Assembly (NCBI GenBank): GCA_043812495.1
Contig: JBDRMG010000029.1
Location: forward strand, 1 to 49,077
Direction: 5' to 3'
DNA length: 49,077 bases
DNA from: Candidatus Omnitrophota bacterium
GTDB taxonomy: Bacteria > Omnitrophota > Gorgyraeia > Zapsychrales > JBDRMG01
Part shown: positions 29,881 to 39,069 of the stretch, piece by piece
Position numbering within the stretch: position 1 is the stretch's first letter
Layout of the letters: each line of letters begins with the position of its first letter
Notes under the pieces: model-generated
What the model was told of the DNA's origin: nothing
The model's database searches: none
Seen by the model: only the letters and a program-made list of their open reading frames with translations
Translations under genes and position numbers: made by a program

Positions 29881-30723
29881 ATGAAGAAGAAAATATGGCT
29901 TATTAGTTTTATGATTCTGTTCGGATGGACCTTGTCCGTTTCGGCCGATCTCATCGAGCTCAAAGGCGGAAGATATGTCGGCGGACAAATCATCGAACAA
30001 ACAGATGAATATGTCAAAATCTTAGTCGATGGCGCTTCTGTGACATATCCATCCGAAGATATTGTCAAAATAGATAAGACAAAAGAGGCCACTCTTCAAG
30101 GGGCCGCCCGAAGCATCAAAACAGGTTATCTGAATTTCCGCAATCAACGCGTCCAGTTGGATATCTATAATCCGGGAACGAAGAACCGCCCGGTCTTGAT
30201 TATTCTTCACGGAATCGAGGGAATAGAAGGAGAGCAGGGGGTGCGCTATTTTCAATTGGCTTCTGATTTAATGAGCCGGGGATTTATCGTGATCAACGTT
30301 CATTATGGACAAAGTCAGCCGACCTTGTGGACGGAAACGGTGATTAAGACCATCGGATTTGCCCAGGTGATTCCCAATGCCGATAAAGGACGTATCGGTC
30401 TGGTTGGGTATTCCGTAGGCGGGGCATTGGCTTTAGAAGCGGCCAGCCTGGATGAGCGCGTTAAGCTTTTGGTCATTCATAGCGGTTATATGCCTCAGGG
30501 TTTTTCTCAAGAGCAAGCGGATCGTCTTCCCCATACCTTAATGATTTGCGGGGATCAGGATCCGGTCATCCAATCCTTGGCCCAATTGCAAAAGTGGCTT
30601 GTCGACCTTAAAAAACCCCTTGAAGCCTATATCAATAAAGGGTATAGCTATAACAACATGCCTTCCAAGGTATGGAGCGAGAACCAGGCTACGATTGCAA
30701 CATTTTTCATTCAAAATTTCTAG
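29881..30723 (+). CDS. Exported alpha/beta hydrolase (dienelactone hydrolase-like)
   Basis: Signal peptide, LHG, GYSVGG nucleophile elbow, GDQDP. Confidence 0.75.
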   Translation: MKKKIWLISFMILFGWTLSVSADLIELKGGRYVGGQIIEQTDEYVKILVDGASVTYPSEDIVKIDKTKEATLQGAARSIKTGYLNFRNQRVQLDIYNPGTKNRPVLIILHGIEGIEGEQGVRYFQLASDLMSRGFIVINVHYGQSQPTLWTETVIKTIGFAQVIPNADKGRIGLVGYSVGGALALEAASLDERVKLLVIHSGYMPQGFSQEQADRLPHTLMICGDQDPVIQSLAQLQKWLVDLKKPLEAYINKGYSYNNMPSKVWSENQATIATFFIQNF

Positions 30724-30737
30724 CCCATGAGAGTCTA

Positions 30738-31904
30738 ATGAAAATTTCGCGCAGTTTATTTCTTTTTATTATTTTGCTAGGATTGCTTTCTTATGTGATG
30801 GTGTTTTCCATCCGCTCTCCCTTGAAGGATGTCCTTTATCCCGTGATTTATAAAAATATGGCCGATCAAATCGATACGCGCGTCGGCGAAATCGAAAATG
30901 CCTATGTTTTCCATCTCAAAGACGGAAAGAAGCTCAAGGTGAGCCGGTTCAAGAAAACGGGCGATGACTATTTTATCCGAGGAAGTTTCGGTCATTCGGG
31001 TTTTATCGAGGAATCGATTCACGCCGATACGATTGAGCGCATCGAGCCCGTTACCATCAAGCATACGCCTGTGAGCGCGAATGAAATTGTCGCCAAAAGA
31101 CTTTTTCCTGATTTTCATGTTTTTCGCCGGGATACGTACACGTTCTTTTCGGATGAGAGTTATTTCTATATCGAGAATACCATTGACCTCCTGGAGACGT
31201 TGCGTGGGCAAATTAAAGAGCAATTTCCCGAAATCTTTGACGACAAAGCCGATCAAAAGAGAATCGGCGTTGTGATCTTCCGCAGCGAGAAGGCATTTAA
31301 GGAATTTGCCAAGAAATTTGATCCGGCCCTCACCGATGCCGCCGGTTTCTATAATGATGATTACCAGACATTTTTTATTTATAATCTTCTGTCTCATCAG
31401 TTAGACCAGAAGGGCCTACGGCTGAATGTTTCTAATGCGATGTCACAGTCCAATGACGCTGTTCGCCACGAAGGCGCGCATCAGATTTTCTATTCGGCTG
31501 ATTTGCATTATGGTTTTGGATTGGACCGGTTATGGCTGGTTGAGGGCCTGGCGGTTTACAGCGAGCCCTATAAGGTAGGGGCGCGCATTTATCAAAGAGA
31601 AAAAGATTTTAGACAGGCGGTTTCCTCGGGCCGGTTTATCGCGCTTGAGAAACTGATCCAGGAAAAGGGCATGTTTTCATCCAAGAGTGTTGATGACATG
31701 CGGGATTTTTATAATGAATCCTGGGCCCTTGTCTATTATTTGATGGATAAACAACGATTGGGTTTTAGTAAGTTTTTAATGCGAACCAAGGCCCGTCCTT
31801 TCGATAGCTTTTTAAAAGGAGATGACAAAGTCCTTGAAGAGACACTCGGTATGAATGTGAAAACCTTAGAGAAAAAATTTAAGGCGTATTGGGGGTTTAA
31901 GTAA
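30738..31904 (+). CDS. DUF1570-like zincin metallopeptidase domain protein
   Basis: HEGAHQ, WLVEGLAVY, Y..SWALVYYL; N-terminal membrane anchor. Confidence 0.75.
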   Translation: MKISRSLFLFIILLGLLSYVMVFSIRSPLKDVLYPVIYKNMADQIDTRVGEIENAYVFHLKDGKKLKVSRFKKTGDDYFIRGSFGHSGFIEESIHADTIERIEPVTIKHTPVSANEIVAKRLFPDFHVFRRDTYTFFSDESYFYIENTIDLLETLRGQIKEQFPEIFDDKADQKRIGVVIFRSEKAFKEFAKKFDPALTDAAGFYNDDYQTFFIYNLLSHQLDQKGLRLNVSNAMSQSNDAVRHEGAHQIFYSADLHYGFGLDRLWLVEGLAVYSEPYKVGARIYQREKDFRQAVSSGRFIALEKLIQEKGMFSSKSVDDMRDFYNESWALVYYLMDKQRLGFSKFLMRTKARPFDSFLKGDDKVLEETLGMNVKTLEKKFKAYWGFK

Positions 31905-32831
31905 ATGCTCAAAACAGAGCTTATCTCAATCATTTTATTTTTGAGCGTCATTTTATTTATTTACGGCCTTGAAGTCCTTCTGTTTTTCAAAGCCTTGATC
32001 AACAAAATCAGGAAGAAGCAGACGCCTCAATCAAAAGCCGTGATGATGCTTCACGCCGTGGCTTTGGCCGGAATTCTTTGCATGCTCTACGGATATTTTG
32101 TAGAGCCAACACGAATCGAAGTCAAGACGGTTCATCTTTCCTCGGAAAAGCTCAAAGATTCGTCCTTAAGGCTGATCCAAATCTCTGATTTGCATTGCGA
32201 CGCAAAAATGCGCAACGAAAATAAGCTTGTTGAATTGGTGAATGGCCTTCATCCTGACATTATTGTTTTTACGGGTGATGCCGTCAATACGCCGGATGCC
32301 GTCGGTCTTTTTCAAGAGACGATGAAGGCTTTAAAAGCCCAATGCGGCAAATTTGCCGTGACGGGAAATTACGACCGATTTTGGCAGGGTCTGCCTATTT
32401 TCGTCGATACAGATTTTAAAGTTTTGAAGGAAAATAACATCGCGCTCTCTTGTCATGATGAAAAGATTCTAATGTCCGGCTTGAACTATGAAAATGGGGA
32501 CAAATGGCTCGCGATTCTGCACAGTTTACCTCAAGACCCGTATAACATATTACTTTACCATAATTCGGATTTGGCCGAAGACATCCAGGGAGCTGGTGTT
32601 GATCTGTATCTGTCCGGACATACGCACGGCGGGCAGTTCCGTCTGCCTTTTTATGGCGCGCTCGTAACCTTATCAAGATTCGGAAAGAAATATGAAATGG
32701 GATTATACCACGTCGGCACGACGACGCTTTATGTGAACCGGGGCATCGGCATGGAAGGCGGCTATATTCCGCGCGTGCGCTTCTTAAGCCGTCCAGAAAT
32801 TACGGTACTAGAAATATTTCCAAAAGAATAA
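31905..32831 (+). CDS. Membrane-anchored metallophosphoesterase (YkuE-like)
   Basis: SDLH, TGD, GNYD, LSGHTHGGQ, VNRGIG. Confidence 0.88.
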   Translation: MLKTELISIILFLSVILFIYGLEVLLFFKALINKIRKKQTPQSKAVMMLHAVALAGILCMLYGYFVEPTRIEVKTVHLSSEKLKDSSLRLIQISDLHCDAKMRNENKLVELVNGLHPDIIVFTGDAVNTPDAVGLFQETMKALKAQCGKFAVTGNYDRFWQGLPIFVDTDFKVLKENNIALSCHDEKILMSGLNYENGDKWLAILHSLPQDPYNILLYHNSDLAEDIQGAGVDLYLSGHTHGGQFRLPFYGALVTLSRFGKKYEMGLYHVGTTTLYVNRGIGMEGGYIPRVRFLSRPEITVLEIFPKE

Positions 32832-32866
32832 GTTAGTGACTGAAAAAAATTGCTAGGGAGTGCAAA

Positions 32867-33403
32867 ATGAATTTTCTTGACCTTGTCAACAAACGGCGAA
32901 GCTGCCGGAATTATTCATCCCAGCCCGTGGAGCGGGAGAAAATTAAGCGGTGCCTGGAAGCGGCGCGGCTAGCTCCATCGGCGTGCAATTCGCAGCCCTG
33001 GCGGTTCATTGTTGTGCAAGATCCTGCCCTCAAAGATCAGCTGGCCGATGCAGCATTTTCAGGGGTCTATAAAATGAATGGTTTTGCCAAAAAAGCACTG
33101 GTTCTGGTTGTGGTAATTCGGGAGTCATCCAAATATGCCGCTAAGCTTGCCGGCTCGTTTCGTGGGATTACCTACAGCTTGATTGATTTGGGCATCGTGT
33201 GCGAACATTTTATTCTGCAGGCGGCCGAAGAGGATTTGGGTACATGCTGGATCGGATGGTTTTACACAAAAGGAATAAGGAAAGTTTTAAACCTTTCCAG
33301 ACGCGATAAAATTGATATAATCATCAGTATGGGATATCCGGACAATCCGGTTGATGTCTCCAAGACAAGAAAAACGATTTGGGAAATGGCGGAAATCCGT
33401 TAG
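32867..33403 (+). CDS. Nitroreductase family protein
   Basis: RRSCR.Y, APSACNSQPWRF, LGTCWIG. Confidence 0.92.
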   Translation: MNFLDLVNKRRSCRNYSSQPVEREKIKRCLEAARLAPSACNSQPWRFIVVQDPALKDQLADAAFSGVYKMNGFAKKALVLVVVIRESSKYAAKLAGSFRGITYSLIDLGIVCEHFILQAAEEDLGTCWIGWFYTKGIRKVLNLSRRDKIDIIISMGYPDNPVDVSKTRKTIWEMAEIR

Positions 33404-33411
33404 TGTATCTA

Positions 33412-33548
33412 TGGTGATCCGGTGATTTAGGAGATTTGGGACTAGAAGATTCGGATATTAGGATATCGGGGACTTTTAAATTCGTTTGTCCCTAATCTCC
33501 AGATCTCCTAGTCACCTAGTCCCCGATCACCCGATCACCGGATATCCT
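33412..33548. repeat. Imperfect palindrome built from degenerate 8-mers
   Basis: GGTGATCC/GGTGATTT/GGAGATTT/GGATATTA arm mirrored by ATCTCC/GTCACC/ATCACC arm. Confidence 0.6.
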
Positions 33549-33570
33549 TAATGGTTGTGAATCTTATCCA

Positions 33571-34428
33571 ATGATTAAATCAAGACACAAAAGAATTATT
33601 TTCATAGCCGCAACTCTTTGGCTTGCGTGTACTCCTTGCGCCCTGGCCCAGGGTTTTCACGACGTAGCCATGAGGCTCAAACTCATTAATATCGGGAATC
33701 AGTTCAATCCTATGGTGGTCAGTGGGCTCGGGCTTTTGATCCTGATGCTTTCCGTGATGACCCATGAATTTATGCACGGATGGATGGCGTTTAAGCGCGG
33801 TGATCCGACCGCCCAAATGGCCGGCCGCTTGTCTTTTAATCCGCTTGTGCATATTGATCCGTTCGGTTCGATTCTTCTTCCGGCCATTCTGATTATGACC
33901 CATTCGTCTATTTTGATCGGCTGGGCCAAACCGGTTCCGATTAATCCTATGTATTTTCGCAATCCAAGAAAAGACAATGCGCTTGTGTCTTTGGCCGGGC
34001 CGTTATCCAATATTATTCTTGGGCTTGCATTCGCCTTTCTTTTGTTTTTAAGCGGCCTATTTCTTAAGGAAAATAATTTTGTCACCTTGAATTTCGGATC
34101 CCTTTCTAATTACGCGATCGTGGCCGGCCCGGCCAACAGCCTGTTGTGGACGTATGTCGTCAATGTTTTGCAATATGCCGTTGTCATCAATTTCATTTTG
34201 GCGGGCTTGAATTTGCTTCCGATACCGCCTTTAGACGGCTCACATATTCTGGCGGCGCTGTTACCGCTACAATGGGCCAAGAAATTATACGGGGTCGCAT
34301 CCAAATTTGGATTTTTGATTATTGCATTTTTGGCTTTTAGCGGCCTATTAAGTTATTTACTTGCGCCGGCATTGATGATTGTCGTTGTGACATTTGCCGT
34401 GATCGCCCGGTATCTTGGATTGGGATAA
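33571..34428 (+). CDS. Site-2 protease (M50) family protein
   Basis: HEFMH, GD.T, NPLVHIDP.G, GWAKPVP, AGPLSN, NLLPIPPLDG. Confidence 0.93.
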   Translation: MIKSRHKRIIFIAATLWLACTPCALAQGFHDVAMRLKLINIGNQFNPMVVSGLGLLILMLSVMTHEFMHGWMAFKRGDPTAQMAGRLSFNPLVHIDPFGSILLPAILIMTHSSILIGWAKPVPINPMYFRNPRKDNALVSLAGPLSNIILGLAFAFLLFLSGLFLKENNFVTLNFGSLSNYAIVAGPANSLLWTYVVNVLQYAVVINFILAGLNLLPIPPLDGSHILAALLPLQWAKKLYGVASKFGFLIIAFLAFSGLLSYLLAPALMIVVVTFAVIARYLGLG

Positions 34429-34471
34429 TGTCCGGGTTCTGAAAATCCGGTGCAAAAAGATTGGAGAAAGA

Positions 34472-35719
34472 ATGAAAACGAAGAAAACCTACATGATTTT
34501 TTCAGTCATCATATTGACTTGCATATTTTCCGCACCCCATGCCTTGGCCCTTAAGGCCGATAGCGCTGATATCAAGCCCATGGCCAAGGACAACAATGCC
34601 TTTGCCATCGATCTTTATCAAGCATTAAGAACTCAGGAAGGTAATTTGTTTTTCTCACCTTACAGCATTTCAACCGCTCTCGCCATGACCTATGCGGGGG
34701 CGCGGGGCGAAACAGAAAAACAAATGGCCGCGGTGCTTCATTTTCAGTTGCCGCAGGAGAGATTGCATAACGCGATGAATATGCTCAAGGCCCAGATTCT
34801 CTGGCGCGGACGGGAAGACAGCTATCAAATGAATATCGCCAACGCCTTGTGGGTGCAGAAGGGATTTGAGCTTTTGAAGGGATATATCGATACCACAAAC
34901 AAATATTATGAGGCCGCTTTATTTTTCGCCGATTTTATAAGCAATGCCAAAGCGCAGCGTCTGAAAATCAATGCCTGGGTCGAACAGCAAACCCAAAATA
35001 AAATCCGTGATTTGATTCAGCCGGGGCTTTTGGGCTCCTTGACGCGCCTGGTGCTTGTCAATGCCATCTATTTCAAAGGCGACTGGGAAGAGCCGTTTGC
35101 GGCTGATTTAACAAAAAAAGACAAGTTTTGGTTGGCTGCGGATGAGTCCACCGTGACGCCCATGATGCGCCAGACAGAACATTTTAACTACGCGGAAGAC
35201 GAGGATGTTCAGGTCCTTGAAATGTTTTATCAAGGATATGACTTATCCATGATTGTTATTTTGCCGAAACAAAAAGACGATTTGGATTCCCTCGAAGGGA
35301 TGCTGACGCAAAATCGCCTGGACGAATGGATCGAGCAGCTTGAGAGTAAAAATGTTTACGTCATTTTTCCCAAATTCACGATGACGCAAGGCCTTATGCT
35401 TTCGCAAACACTTAAGTCTATGGGCATGACAGATGTCTTTAGCGGTATGAAGGCCGATTTTTCAGGTATGAACGGAACGCTGGATATTGAAAAAAGATTA
35501 TTTATCAACCAAGTCATTCATAAGGCTTATGTCGATGTGGACGAACAAGGAACAGAAGCAGCGGCAGCGACGGGTGTTTTTATGGGAGACGGATTTTTCC
35601 CTGGGATACCTGAAAAACCGGTTCTCTTTCGCGCGGATCATCCGTTTCTTTTCCTGATTCGCGATGTCGAGTCCGGAAGTATTTTATTTTTAGGGCGCCT
35701 AACCAATCCGAATCAATAA
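34472..35719 (+). CDS. Secreted serpin
   Basis: Signal peptide, NLFFSPYSI, INAWV...T, LVNAIYFKG.W, EQGTEAAAAT hinge, F.ADHPFLF. Confidence 0.96.
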   Translation: MKTKKTYMIFSVIILTCIFSAPHALALKADSADIKPMAKDNNAFAIDLYQALRTQEGNLFFSPYSISTALAMTYAGARGETEKQMAAVLHFQLPQERLHNAMNMLKAQILWRGREDSYQMNIANALWVQKGFELLKGYIDTTNKYYEAALFFADFISNAKAQRLKINAWVEQQTQNKIRDLIQPGLLGSLTRLVLVNAIYFKGDWEEPFAADLTKKDKFWLAADESTVTPMMRQTEHFNYAEDEDVQVLEMFYQGYDLSMIVILPKQKDDLDSLEGMLTQNRLDEWIEQLESKNVYVIFPKFTMTQGLMLSQTLKSMGMTDVFSGMKADFSGMNGTLDIEKRLFINQVIHKAYVDVDEQGTEAAAATGVFMGDGFFPGIPEKPVLFRADHPFLFLIRDVESGSILFLGRLTNPNQ

Positions 35720-35720
35720 C

Positions 35721-36392
35721 ATGAATCTCAAAGAAAATTATCAAAGGATCAGAAGCGAGATTCCGTCCCACGTGACGCTTGTGGTGGCGGTCAAGCAGCG
35801 TTCGCCCAATCAGGTGACTGAAATGATTGGGGCCGGGGCGACCGATATCGGGGAAAACTATGTTCAGGAAGCGCAGCGAATGATTGACGCGCTTGGCGAA
35901 AAGGCCAAAAAAGTCAAATGGCACATGATCGGCGAGCTTCAAACGAACAAAATCAACAAAGCCCTGCCGGTTTTTGATATGATTCAAACCGTTGATTCCG
36001 TTGAAAAAGCCGAAGCCATGGATAAACGCGTGGCGGCGGCCGGAAAAAAGAAGATTTCGTGTTTGATTGAAGTGAATATTGCCGGAGAAACGTGCAAAAG
36101 CGGAGCCAAAGGGGACTATGATGCGGTCGAACAAATTGCACGTAGGATTTCAACGCTTGATCATCTACGACTCGAAGGCCTGATGACCATGGGGCCGCTT
36201 TCGGAAGACCCGGAAGAAAGCCGTCCGTATTTCAAAGCCGCCAAGACTATTTTTGATCAACTCAAATCGCTCTCGTTGCCGAATGGTGAGATGAAGACTC
36301 TTTCGATGGGCATGTCCGCGTCCTACAAGGCGGCGATTGAAGAGGGGGCGAACATGGTGAGGCTCGGCACCGCGCTTTTTGGGCCGAGATAA
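35721..36392 (+). CDS. yggS: PLP homeostasis protein
   Basis: GENYVQE, WHMIG.LQTNK, GLMTM, LSMGMS, VRLGTALFG. Confidence 0.93.
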   Translation: MNLKENYQRIRSEIPSHVTLVVAVKQRSPNQVTEMIGAGATDIGENYVQEAQRMIDALGEKAKKVKWHMIGELQTNKINKALPVFDMIQTVDSVEKAEAMDKRVAAAGKKKISCLIEVNIAGETCKSGAKGDYDAVEQIARRISTLDHLRLEGLMTMGPLSEDPEESRPYFKAAKTIFDQLKSLSLPNGEMKTLSMGMSASYKAAIEEGANMVRLGTALFGPR

Positions 36393-36546
36393 GTTTAAAT
36401 ATTACAATTGCGAAAAGACAGAAAGTTTATGGGTGGCCCGCCAATAATTCATTGGCGGGCCACCTTTATTTTCTTGATATCCATAAGAATTCGACATACA
36501 ATAATAAACTTGATCCTCAAGGTGAGGGATCGAAAGGAGGAGGGGA

Positions 36547-37041
36547 ATGAAAAGAACAATCGCTATATTGTTAGCGGTCTTTTTGGCTTTAACGTTGGCT
36601 GTTCCTTTTGCGATGGCGCAAAATAAAGCCGAGAAAAGAAGGGGCGCCAGCGACATGGCTATGGAAAAAGCCAGCGACCAGTCGATTTTCCATCGAACTT
36701 CGGATTGGTTTGCAACGATCGGCAAATCCGATGAAGAAAAACAAAAGATATTAGCCGAACGCAAGGCCAAGAGAGCTGCTAAAAAAGCTGAAAAGCAGGC
36801 CGAAAAAGCCAAAAAGAAGGCCGAAAAAGCTTCTATGAAAATGAACGAAGACATGGATGATGCGCAAAAAGAAATGAAAATGAAAGCAGAAAAAGCGCAA
36901 AAGACCATGAAGAAAGAGGCAAAAAAGGCCGACGAAACAATAGGCAACACAATGAAGAAACAGACACAGACAGAAATGAAAATGCAGACGCAAACGCAAA
37001 CTCAAACAAAGAGTCGCAGCCGATATAAAAAGAATCAATAA
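36547..37041 (+). CDS. Exported Lys/Ala/Glu-rich low-complexity protein
   Basis: Strong RBS, classic signal peptide (MKRT...AMA), KAEK repeats, QTQTQT tail. Confidence 0.75.
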   Translation: MKRTIAILLAVFLALTLAVPFAMAQNKAEKRRGASDMAMEKASDQSIFHRTSDWFATIGKSDEEKQKILAERKAKRAAKKAEKQAEKAKKKAEKASMKMNEDMDDAQKEMKMKAEKAQKTMKKEAKKADETIGNTMKKQTQTEMKMQTQTQTQTKSRSRYKKNQ

Positions 37042-37057
37042 AATCCATTGAGTCGCA

Positions 37058-37096
37058 AAAAGGCCCCCGCCATTGAATCGTTGGCGGGGGCCTTTT
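37058..37096 (+). terminator. Bidirectional-type terminator (CCGCCA/TGGCGG family)
   Basis: AAAAGGCCCCCGCCA/TGGCGGGGGCCTTTT. Confidence 0.7.
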
Positions 37097-37135
37097 CACT
37101 TGTTTTCAAGTCCCTAACCCTGTAAAATATCCTTC

Positions 37136-37255
37136 ATGACCCATCAAAAAATCACGCGCCGCCAAAGGAATGTTTGGCGCCTAATCAAAGAGCGTAAACA
37201 CGCGCAAAAAGATAAACTCAAAGCGACTCAAAGAGTCTTTCAAAAGATGAAATGA
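37136..37255 (+). CDS. Putative 39 aa basic peptide, leaderless, coupled to pcm
   Basis: MTHQKITRRQRNVWRLIKERKHAQKDKLKATQRVFQKMK; ATG 7 nt after TTGTTT-17-TAAAAT; ATGA overlap with pcm. Confidence 0.55.
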   Translation: MTHQKITRRQRNVWRLIKERKHAQKDKLKATQRVFQKMK

Positions 37256-37953
37256 ATCTTATGATAATTCTCCCCTTAACATTTCTCTTGGGCTTGACCG
37301 GCTGCCGTCCGCCGGCTTCAGACGATAATTTCTTCTATAAAAGAAAAACCATGGTCGAGCATCAAATCAAGGCCCGCGGCATCCGCGACGAAAACGTTTT
37401 ATCCGCTATGCTGAAAGTCAAGCGTCATCTTTTTGTTCCGCTTACCAACCGCGCTTATTCGTATGAAGATTATCCTTTGCCCATCGGCTACGACCAGACT
37501 ATTTCCCAGCCCTACATCGTGGCCTATATGACGGAAGCCGCGCTTTTGAAGCCGGACGATAAAGTTTTGGAAATCGGCACCGGTTCCGGTTATCAGGCCG
37601 CGGTCTTGGCGGAAATTGTCCGAGAAGTATATTCTGTAGAAATCATCGACGCCCTGGCCCAGAGCGCGGACAAACACCTTAAAGATTTAGGCTACACAAA
37701 TATTTTCGTTAAAAACGGCGACGGATATCAGGGCTGGAAAGAGCACGCGCCTTTCGATGTGGTGATCGTCACGGCCGCGCCCGACAAAGTCCCGCAAGAA
37801 TTGATCAACCAGATGAAAGTCGGCGGCCGCATGGTGATTCCGGTCGGTTCGTTTTCTCAGGAGCTTATTCGCATCACCAAAACAAAAACCGGTACCGAGA
37901 AAGAATTTCTTTTACCGGTACGCTTTGTGCCGATGGTGAAAGGCAAGGAATAA
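37252..37953 (+). CDS. pcm: Protein-L-isoaspartate O-methyltransferase
   Basis: RHLFVP, PLPIG..QTISQP, VLEIGTGSGYQAA, GDG..GW, VRFVPM. Confidence 0.96.
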   Translation: MNLMIILPLTFLLGLTGCRPPASDDNFFYKRKTMVEHQIKARGIRDENVLSAMLKVKRHLFVPLTNRAYSYEDYPLPIGYDQTISQPYIVAYMTEAALLKPDDKVLEIGTGSGYQAAVLAEIVREVYSVEIIDALAQSADKHLKDLGYTNIFVKNGDGYQGWKEHAPFDVVIVTAAPDKVPQELINQMKVGGRMVIPVGSFSQELIRITKTKTGTEKEFLLPVRFVPMVKGKE

Positions 37954-37990
37954 ATCACCTCCGTTCTCAAAAGGGGAGGTGGATGAAATA

Positions 37991-38138
37991 AAGATACAAG
38001 CACCAAGATACAAGGTACAAACAATAGTCAAATCACAAATTCAAATCACCAAACATTTTTGTCTATTTGACTCCGTTTGATTATTGAATATTGATTATTG
38101 GTCATTGTTTGGTTATTGTTACTTGGTATTTGTATCTT
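37991..38138. repeat. Imperfect palindrome of degenerate 7-mers
   Basis: AAGATACAA...CAAATCACAAAT arm mirrored by TTGATTATTG...TTGTATCTT arm. Confidence 0.65.
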
Positions 38139-38178
38139 ATACAACCTTTTTTGGAATCAGAATTTCGGAATTTATCAA

Positions 38179-39069
38179 ATGACCACCGACAACCAATTTT
38201 CTCAAATCATTCTCGACCTGGCCGCTGAAGCAGGCCGGCTCGCGCTCAAATATCAAGGCAGGGCCGATCCCTCTTTGAAAAAAGACGGATCTGTCGTGAC
38301 CAAAGCAGATATCGCCGTGTCCAAACTCTGCCGCAAGCGCCTGTCAAAATTCTTAAAGACCAAAGACCATCTTTTGATTGAGGAAGAAGACCCGCACATA
38401 TCCTGTCTTGTGGACCAGTCGCTTTTTGAGAGAACGCCTTATGTTTGGGCGATTGACCCCATTGATGGGACGCAGGCTTACGCAAATGGGATGCCCAATT
38501 ACGGAATCTCTATCGGGCTTCTCAAGGATTGCAAACCATTCATGGGCGCGGTGTATCTTCCGGCCTTCGGAGAACTTTTCTTTCATGACGGCGTCAAAGC
38601 TACGTTTGTGAAAAATGCGTTCACAAAAAACGAAAAAAGGAAAACCATTCAACCGGCTAAGGCTAAAGTATCGCCTCAGTCCTTTATGCTCTGCGAAGAA
38701 ACCTTCTTGAAGAAATTCAATTGGGATTTTAAAGACATTCATCTTTTGATTTCGGCATCGGCGGTCGTGGACTTGTGCTGGCCCGCCATCGGCCGCGGCT
38801 TTGGGTGCATCTTTAAAGCTCAACTCTGGGATTTCGCGGCTAGCTGGCCGATTTTCCGCGCGGCCGGACTGGATTTGCGGTCCTTGAGAACAGGAAAAGT
38901 ATTAAATTCCCTTTGTGCGGATTTATTCATCGGCCCCAAGCGCCCGTTTCGGCTTAAAGAATACTATGTGCTTTCTTCGCAAAGAAATTTTGCTTTCATT
39001 CAAGAAAAAATCAAAGGTATCAATCCGCATCTTAGAAAAGAGAACGATGAATTCAGATCAACCCAATAG
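38179..39069 (+). CDS. Inositol monophosphatase family protein
   Basis: VT.AD, EE, WAIDPIDGT, WDFAA. Confidence 0.88.
   Translation: MTTDNQFSQIILDLAAEAGRLALKYQGRADPSLKKDGSVVTKADIAVSKLCRKRLSKFLKTKDHLLIEEEDPHISCLVDQSLFERTPYVWAIDPIDGTQAYANGMPNYGISIGLLKDCKPFMGAVYLPAFGELFFHDGVKATFVKNAFTKNEKRKTIQPAKAKVSPQSFMLCEETFLKKFNWDFKDIHLLISASAVVDLCWPAIGRGFGCIFKAQLWDFAASWPIFRAAGLDLRSLRTGKVLNSLCADLFIGPKRPFRLKEYYVLSSQRNFAFIQEKIKGINPHLRKENDEFRSTQ

Noticed and set aside
32363..32374. GNYD in place of GNHD in the metallophosphoesterase
   Set aside because: Substitutions at this position occur in the family and the other metal ligands are intact.
36402..37099. Antisense ORFs over the Lys-rich gene
   Set aside because: Shadows of low-complexity sequence; the + strand has the RBS and signal peptide.
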